A stretch of 64,000 bases of DNA from assembly GCA_964016885.1 (NCBI GenBank), contig OZ024741.1:313472001-313536000 (forward strand), read 5' to 3'. A program made the position numbers and the translations under genes. The notes under the pieces were generated by a model. The model made no database searches. It saw nothing but the letters and a program-made list of their open reading frames with translations, and was not told where the DNA came from. Source of the DNA: Eledone cirrhosa. Lineage: Eukaryota. Below, piece by piece: positions 54,654-64,000 of this stretch (position 1 is its first letter; each line of letters starts with the position of its first letter).

Positions 54654-55288
54654 TCTATATATATAACACTAAGGATGTCTGTCTGTGTGTGTGTCTGTGA
54701 GATTGAATCAATAAAACTCGAAAAGTACCGAACCGATTTGTTTACATGAGTTTTACTTATGTTTCAGGGAATGTTATGTACATAAAAAAACAACTTTGTT
54801 GTTCCCCTAGGACCCGCATTAGGTGAAAAAGTGCATTTCATTTCAGATTTTAGGGGTATTTTGAGGCGTTAAGTTAGACCAATTTTCTTGAAATTGTAAC
54901 TATGTATAAGTCGGTCTCTTCTTCATACCAGGAGCAAAGAAAATCCAATCTTTTTATTGCCTGGGGTCCGCATTAGGTGAGAAATTCATTTTTTCATCCT
55001 TTTAGGGCTTTTTTTAGGCGTTACGTCTCGCCGAATTTCCCGAAACTTCAAGGCATATTATGCACATGAGAACAATTCATTTTCTTGATCCCCTAGGGTC
55101 CACATTAGGTTAAAACCTGCATTTTTCCTGCTTCATCGAGGAAAATCTTAAAGATTATCCAGCCATCAGAGTATTCGGTTTATTTTCTTTACATATTGTC
55201 CAGGCATGTAGTTTTTCCAGGATCAAGGCTTTTGGCGACACGCGTTCCAAAATAACTTATCCCGTGCAACGCCGGGTACCACTGCTAT
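54654..55288 (+). mobile_element. Helitron-like element copy
   Basis: Collinear with 23558-24192. Confidence 0.7.
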
Positions 55289-55424
55289 TATTCAATAAAT
55301 ATACAGGTTCATTTCTTTATCACAAGAGCACTTTAATCGTAAAATTTTGTATAAAATTGTATCATTGATATCTGTATGTAATTAATGATATATGCAACAT
55401 TATCACATATAGTGATATCTTTAG

Positions 55425-55556
55425 AATGCCGAGCAGGAACGTTTGGTGCTTGTAATGGGACATGCCATTGTATCAACAGTATAAATTGTGACAAGTGAAA
55501 TGGAACTTGTTCAGATGAATGTTCTGCAGGTTATACTGTTATCAATTGCCAAGAAT
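55425..55556 (+). pseudogene. Dead EGF exon (type P')
   Basis: Same 3-nt deletion, TGA stop and lost donor as the 24323 copy. Confidence 0.85.
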
Positions 55557-55699
55557 ATATCTCATAAAATTGTTACGTACTTACTACACACACGCACAAC
55601 CACACACCCTCCACGCACCCCCACACATATACATATATGATTATATTTATATTTATATATATATATAAAGACTATATTTATATTTATATATATATATAT

Positions 55700-56354
55700 A
55701 AAGACTTTCCTGATGACGGAATGATTTTCCATATGTTTCTTCGGTAAATATATTTACTCCATTCCAGAAACTAATTAGTTGGAAGTGATTTTTTAGTAAG
55801 TAAGTTAATTTTATAATTTTCTTATTTTACGTCTCTCATATTATTGTTCTGGAACCCCATGCATTGAACCACATTGTTAATAAGATAAAACCTATATATT
55901 TGCTAGCATTGATATGCATCTGTGTGTATATAAATGTTACTAGATATAAATTCCTTATAATTATCTCCAATTCATTTGTCGAGCAATATTTGGCCATGAC
56001 TGCTACTATGGTAGTAAGCTGGCCGCTGTCTTAATAACCACTCGCTTTCCACTGATTGACCTCGATGTCACGTGATTGATTCTTTTTGAATTTGCCACAG
56101 ACGTAGAGGCAGTGATTTTCTCAATGGCTTGGAATCCAGTCCACGCTTCGCTATTTCCATTCCACTGAATTATTTTTTTAATAAGTTTCCAGTGTCCTCG
56201 CTATGCCTGGAGACCTATACGGAAAAAGACTTTTCTGATGACGGAATGATTTTCTTTGTTTCTTCGGTAAATATATTTACTCCATTCCAGAAACTAATTA
56301 GTTGGACGTGATCTTTTAGTAAGTAAGTTAATTTTATAATTTTCTTACTTTACG

Positions 56355-56360
<6 letters not shown>
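55700..56360 (+). mobile_element. Paralogous copy of the 525-bp hammerhead-bounded element
   Basis: Near-identical to 24596-25258. Confidence 0.6.
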
Positions 56361-56394
<34 letters not shown>

Positions 56395-56402
<8 letters not shown>

Positions 56403-56820
56403 AGATCAAAAGATGGTTAAAGGAGTTCCATGTATTTTATTATGCGCATTTCAAAAACAAACATCATCATGCAATAATATTTGTGTTTTCATCAGATAAA
56501 ACAAGAGAACATGATATGAAGGCTAAAAAACACTTGTGGATAGTGCAGTTTTAAATCAAGATATGTTGATTTAAAACTGCACTATCCACAAGTGTTTTTT
56601 AGCCTTCATATCATGTTCTCCTGTTTTATCTGATGAAAACACAAATATTATTGCATGATGATGTTTGTTTTTGAAATGCGCATAATAAAATACATGGAAC
56701 TCCTTTAACCATCTTTTGATCTTATATTATGTATACTCCAGTCCTACAAATTGTAGAGTGCTTCTTATCCGATATCTGCATTGCTTTATTGTACTACAAT
56801 AAAACTCACCTCCTACATTA
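56395..56820. mobile_element. Fold-back insertion with 165-bp inverted arms, each with a hammerhead (family 3)
   Basis: Arms 56395-56559 and 56566-56730, 6-nt spacer, one mismatch seen; lies in (TA)n; absent from the paralogous site near 25260. Confidence 0.75.
56624..56690 (+). ncRNA. Type I hammerhead ribozyme, family 3 (inverted copy 56435-56501)
   Basis: TTTTAT-CTGATGA-AAACACAAATATTATTGCATGATGATGTTTGTTTTT-GAAA-TGCGCA-TA-ATAAAA; helix III is the palindrome ATGCGCAT; AUA triplet. Confidence 0.7.
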
Positions 56821-56838
56821 TATATATATATATATAAT

Positions 56839-56900
<62 letters not shown>

Positions 56901-56907
56901 TATATAT

Positions 56908-59390
56908 AGTTATACTTGAGGAGGGTCATATTGTTGTGATAATTTTGCCAGAAATAATAACAGAAAACACTCACTGTTTGGTTGGTTTTCGCTTTTGTAT
57001 GTTTTATATCTCCATAGTTAATTTATTCGGCAATCGATGTTTATCATTGATTGACCAACGGTCAAAAATACAGATATAAATATATATATATAGTTTTAAA
57101 AAGTTCTTTCGTTGCACATCTGCAACATCATCAGTGGTACTAATATGTATCCCTCCTGTTGTATTAAAAGTCTACGCCATTTATATTTTATCTGTTTTAT
57201 TTATTTATTTTTATTTATTTTTGTCTTCGTCCATGCGCATGCGTTTGCGTGTGTGTATATTGTTTGGTGTGTGAGTTCGCGTTTGGCTGACTGTGTTTTG
57301 GTTATTGTATTCTATCTTAGTTTATTAGTGTGTCTTTATATGTGTTTCTTGTTATTGTGCTTGTGTATATGTTCATTTATGTATTTATTTATTTATTTAT
57401 ATTTCTCTTATGTCAGTATTCTTTGTTTGGGTGTTGGTATTCCATTCATTTTTCGTTTAGCTTTGTCTTTTTAAACTGTGTTTCGCTTGCGTCTTTGATG
57501 TGCCTACTTGCTGGCTCATTTCTATATGTAGATAATATTTTAATTTCTATGTCTTACCGTCATGTTGTTGTGTGGACTATTCGTATTGTACTGAACGTTT
57601 ATTTTGCTCTTTTAATTCCCCCCAATTTAGGTCTAGACATTCTCCTATGCATCGAGCTCTCGCGCCTATGTATGGTGTTGTCATATTTCTGCAAGTAGCC
57701 TCTGTACATCTTATGCTATAAACTATATTTCTAGTTTTACAGTTTATCTGGGGATTTACTTTACATATAGCACATTCCTTATGAGTACAGTAGGTTTTCT
57801 TAAAAGGGTCTGTTTTGATGATCCGGGATTGCATGGCGGTTCCTGATTTTTCTAACACTTTCATCTTTAAGTAGGTCATTCTCAGGGCCTTTCTGCATTG
57901 GCTAGCCAATTTCCCTCCAGGGGTAGCGTCCACGAGCATGACACTTTGGTATCTCTGGTTGTGGTACCATGAGGTGGTTTTACCTATTTTATGTTTAGTC
58001 CTATCTAACATATTCCATGATTTGCTCCTGTATAATGGGCAAATTCCTTTCATCTCCAGTTCTATGAGGGTCTTATACATCTCAGTGGTTCTTTTGTATG
58101 CTCTGATTCTATCTCTTTGGTTGTAGCCAGAGAAATGCATGTGCTTTATGAAGTGTTGGATGTGTCTTTCCATTTATCTTGGGTCGCTCATGCGGGACAC
58201 GTTCTTCATCACTCGTACCAAGTCAGCGATGAGAATATTAAACTTAGCACTACTGGACATTGCTGTGTATTTGAGTAACAGGTATTTGGAGGCCATGGGT
58301 TTAGCGTAGTATGAGTGGGGAATTTGGGACCTATCGTATATAGTGTTAATCCAGAGTTCCGTATCTAATACAGGTAGTCTATTATTAGGGTGATTGGAAG
58401 GGTATTCAATAGTTACAGTTATACTCTGGTGTATAGAGTTAGCTATCTGCTGGATTCTTTATTCTAATATATATTCGTTAGTACTCTCTCGTGGCGGTGT
58501 CCTTATTACTATATTAATATTGTCTACGTAAGGAGAGTACATGGACCTCTCTTGGAGGAGGTTTTGAGTCTCATTTCCCAGCAAACCATAAAAAGGTTGG
58601 CAACATCACCAGCTATGTTGATCTAAATGGTTGCTGCCTCATTTTGGGTGCAGATCTTTACGTTGAATAGGATAGTTTTAATACTAGCCCCATTGCATGC
58701 GCGACAACTTTTCTTACCTGATCATTGTTTTTGGGTGTTGGTATGGCTTTACTCCACCAAATTCACCCTCCTATGGCAGTCTTTTTTGCCATTGAGGTTA
58801 TGGTGGGTGGTCTACTTCTTATGGGTCTACTAGGGCAGAAACGGCTAAGAACACGGCTGTCTAGGTACTTGGTGTCATAGGTAAGTCTAAGTAGGAGGCC
58901 CAGTTAATCTGTGTCTACGTCGCAGACAACAACCTCACTCTCACTGATTATCTCCACACAAGTTTCCACAGCAAAATCAATGTTAATGGATGGTTATAGA
59001 GATACAGCGTCCATACTGCGTATTATGCAGTTAGATAGGTTTTTGTTTTTGTTGCACTCATTGATTCTGCTGAAGAGGTCTTCTGTGCTGTCACATAAAT
59101 CTGGGGATATCTTGATTAAGGAGCGTATAACCACTGAGAGGGACTAGGAGATCCTTTAGTTGCTAGCGATATTGGCTATGCATACAAGTCCTGTTGGTGG
59201 ATCTGTCGCCGGGTCGTCGAGTATCTTATGGTCTTTGAAGAGCACATATAAGGGTGGTATGTCATTGTTAGACGCGTGGATGTTCATAGCAGTGGGTCTG
59301 CTTGGCTTTAGGATGTCGGTCCTCATCATCTTGTGAGCGTTGCCGATCTCCTCTCACCTATCATGTGTTTGTTGTGTAATTTCGCCTGGC
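56908..59390 (-). mobile_element. Penelope-like element family 1, degenerate
   Basis: ORF 57577-58173 nearly identical to 25921-26709. Confidence 0.8.
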
Positions 59391-59405
59391 GATATATTTG
59401 TATGT

Positions 59406-59436
<31 letters not shown>

Positions 59437-59596
59437 AATGTGTGCGCGCGTGTGTGTGTGCGTGGGTGTGTGTGTGTGTGTTTATTTCAAAGTAAAAATG
59501 TCGGAAATACATATCGTAGTAACTGATAAAATATAGTGTAAATTTGAAGGATTATATTTGTTGTTTCTTATGATATTGTTTGTTTCTTTCATTATG

Positions 59597-59639
<43 letters not shown>

Positions 59640-60341
59640 ATATATATATTATATGTATAGATATGTATATATGTATGTATATATGTGTGTGTGTATGTGT
59701 GTATGTATGCATTTATATATATATATTTATATATACATATATATATACAGTATATATTATATATATGTACAAGTTATTCAGAAATAACAAGACAATCGGT
59801 ACAGTACATGGAAGGGATATATTAGGTTAACGTTTGATATAGCACGAATAGGGTCTCAGCATTTTGGACACTAGTCCTTCATTAGAAGAAAGAATGTGAA
59901 AAAAAAATAGATTGAGGGGAGGGTTGCGTTAGAATTGGAAAACATGTCCTGAGATAAAAATAACAGATTCATTTATGTTGACATCTCTTGCAGTGTGTGT
60001 GCGTGTATGTGTGTGCGTGTGTGTTTATTTAAATGTAAGAATGTCGCAATTACATATCGTAGTAACTGGTAGAATATGGTAAGATTTGGAAGGATTATAT
60101 ATGGGTTTTTTTTCTTATAATATTGTTTGTTTCTTTCATAATATTTTTTACCTTGCTTTTGACTGAAATAAAAATCCATGTATAATTTTTAGAGGATCGA
60201 TTTAATATTCAATAAATATCTAAGTTCATTTGTTTATCACAAGAAATATATAATCTGAAACTTTCGTATGAAATTGTATCATTGATATCTGTATGTAATT
60301 AATAATATCATCATCATTCTCATATAAATTGATAGTTTTAG

Positions 60342-60476
60342 AATGCCCAGTAGGAACGTTTGGTGTTGATTGTAAAGGGACTTGCCATTGTTTCAACAAT
60401 ATTAACTGTGACAAGCGAAATGGAACATGTTCAGATGGATGTTCTGAAGGTTATATTGGTGTCAATTGCCAAGAAG
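60342..60476 (+). CDS. EGF-like repeat exon, type B', intact
   Basis: ag|...|gtatat, 135 nt; (E)[44 protein letters not shown]. Confidence 0.85.
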
Positions 60477-60655
60477 GTATATCATAAAATTGTTACATGC
60501 ATACTATGCACACACACACACACACACGCACACACACATATCTATTCATATATATTTATTCATACATAAAAATTATATATATACCGTATATGCCGGTGTA
60601 AAAGTTGATCCGCTGTGTATGTCGATGATTAGTGTACACACACACACACACACAG

Positions 60656-60686
<31 letters not shown>

Positions 60687-61624
60687 CATACACACACACA
60701 TATATATATATATGTATATATACATTTATATATATACCATATGTGACAGTTTAAAAGTCCACCCATCAAATGTTGTGGTGTAATTCAGGTTGAGGCCTAT
60801 ATACGCCGGATAGACGACACCCCAGGTATAAGGCATTACCATCTCCCCAGCCGTAGATATGCTTGCTGTTGTTTATTTGCACAAAATATAAAATATGGAT
60901 ATAAAAACTAAATAGTTGTAAAATTAAAATGCATCTGAGGAAAGTACAATTTGTAAAATTTATTTTTCATTTAACAAAAATATTTGACTGAACTGTTTTA
61001 TTAGTAAACAACATGCTGCCACACCGTCACTTGATATGCCGTTTAGCACAAGACCACTTTAATCTTGAAATTTAATATAAAATTGTATATATATATACAT
61101 ATATATATACACAAATACATTTATATATGTAGCGTATATGCCGGTGTAAAAGTTGATCCGCTGCATATCTCGACCCATCAAATGTTGTGGTATAAATCAG
61201 GTTTAGGTCTATATACGCCAGTTTAGACGATACCCCTGGTATAAGGGATTACCTTCTCCACAGCCGTAGATATGTTTGCCGTTGTTTATTTGCATGAAAT
61301 ATAAAACATTAAAATAAAGACTAAATAGTTGTAAAATAAAAATGCATAACGGGAAAGTACAGGTTGCAAAATGTATGTTTCAGTTAACAAAATGGTTTAA
61401 CTGAACTGTTTTATTAGAAAACAATATCCTACCACACGTGACTTGATACGCGGGAATTTAAAAAAACCTCAATATTCCTTATCCAATGTGCATCATCTTA
61501 GATGTCGATAAATATCTACTGTCGTCCTGTTTTGTTTCGTGGTGAAATTACTGTAGTTTTCCGATAATTTAGATAATTCAGTGAATCAGGATACCATTAA
61601 TATAATAACTATAATATTAATACT

Positions 61625-62568
61625 ATTAGGAATCGCTTATGAGGATAATGCAAGCTATTTACAGTGGTGCTGTCGGTAAAGTGACAAAAGAAATGGAGTT
61701 TAGTGAGGAATTCCAGATACAAGTAGGTGTACATCAATGTTCGCTCCACAGCCCAATCTTTTTCATTATAGACAGCCAAGCCATAACAGTGGAGTATAAG
61801 ACTGGCTGCCCATTGCAACTTCCATATGCTGATGATCTGGTTCTCATAGCAGATTCAGTAGAGGAGCTAGAGAATAAATTCTGGCTATGGAAACAGCAAT
61901 TTGAATCAAGAGGCCAGAGAGTGAACATAGCTAAAACAAAAGTGTTGATAAGTGGAAGTGAGGACAATGCTCTGATTCCCTCAGGGAATTGGCCATGTTA
62001 GATATATAGGAAAGGAACTGGCATCAATTCCATAAAATGTACATAATGCTGATCTTGTAGACACAATAGATGTAGTGGGATAGCAGGCAAACTAGCAGGT
62101 AGGGAAAACTTCGTATGCAATAGATGTACAGGGAAAGTTGACAGTAGTAATCACTGTGATAGATTCATTTTTCCAATGCAGGTGGGTTCTATAGAAGTGG
62201 TTGATAGCTTCCGGTACCCAGGTGATAAGATACGCATGGGAGGAAGGTGTTTCGCGTCCATATTATCTAGAATAAGGACGGGTTGAAAGAAGTTTATGGA
62301 GTTTCGCCCTGTTTTGTTTCGTGGGGAAATTACAGTAGTTTTCCGATAATTTAGATAATTCAGTGAATCAGTATACCATTAACATAGTAACTATAATATT
62401 AATACAAATAGGACCGCTTCTGAGGACAATGCAAGCTATGTACAGGGGTGCGGTCAGTAAAGTAACAATCGAAATGGAGTTTAGTGAGGAATTCCAGATA
62501 CACGTAGGTGTACATCAAGGTTTCTCTCCTCAGCCCAAACTTGTTCATTATAGTCCCCCAACCATAAC
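61625..62568 (+). mobile_element. Two partial RTE-type LINE fragments
   Basis: Collinear with 29995-30935. Confidence 0.7.
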
Positions 62569-62773
62569 ATAATATTATTAACATTGCATTTAATTGAACT
62601 AAAAATCCTAGTATTGTTTATAAAGGATCGATATAATATTAAATAAATCTACAACTTCATTTGTTTAGCACAATACCAGATTTAATCTTGAAATTTAATA
62701 TAAAATTATATCATTGATATATGTACGTAATTAATGATATCTTCAACATTATCATATATCTTGATAATTTTAG

Positions 62774-62908
62774 AATGCCCAGAAGGAAAGTTTGGTCTTG
62801 CTTGTAATAGTACCTGCCATTGTATCAACAACGCGAACTGTGACAAGCGATATGGAATATGTTTAGATGGATGTTCTGCTGGTTATACTGGTTACAATTG
62901 CCAAGAAG
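62774..62908 (+). CDS. EGF-like repeat exon, type A', intact
   Basis: ag|...|gt, 135 nt; (E)[44 protein letters not shown]. Confidence 0.85.
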
Positions 62909-62944
62909 GTATCTCATATAATTTTTACGCAAGTATTATACACA

Positions 62945-63029
<85 letters not shown>

Positions 63030-63049
63030 GCACACGCACACGCGCACGC

Positions 63050-63080
<31 letters not shown>

Positions 63081-63107
63081 TACACATACACACACACACA
63101 TATATAC

Positions 63108-64000
<893 letters not shown>

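Overview
AT-rich, microsatellite-dense animal genomic DNA; an invertebrate such as a mollusc is my inference only. The + strand carries part of one large gene built from a tandemly amplified 135-nt, phase 1-1 exon encoding an 8-cysteine EGF-like (MEGF10/11, CED-1/Draper, SCARF-type) module. There are 17 copies: 11 intact, 4 with dead splice donors and 2 truncated at the 5' end. They are arranged in nested and higher-order duplications (about 3.4-31.5 kb resembles about 39.1-63.1 kb). The introns carry co-duplicated fossils: RTE-type LINE fragments, a non-autonomous Helitron and two Penelope-like (PLE) families. They also carry copy-specific young insertions. The main finding is a near-identical 310-bp tandem array (34741-37303) in which every unit has a type I hammerhead ribozyme with a palindromic helix III (7 on +, 2 inverted), which looks like a retrozyme/circRNA-type array. 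Two further, unrelated hammerhead families occur at 24.6-25.2/55.7-56.3 kb and 56.4-56.7 kb. A nearly intact R4-like (RLE) retrotransposon is inserted in a (TATG)n microsatellite, and its empty site is visible in the paralogous copy. Coordinates of old TE fragments are approximate. Family names come from motif recognition, not database searches.
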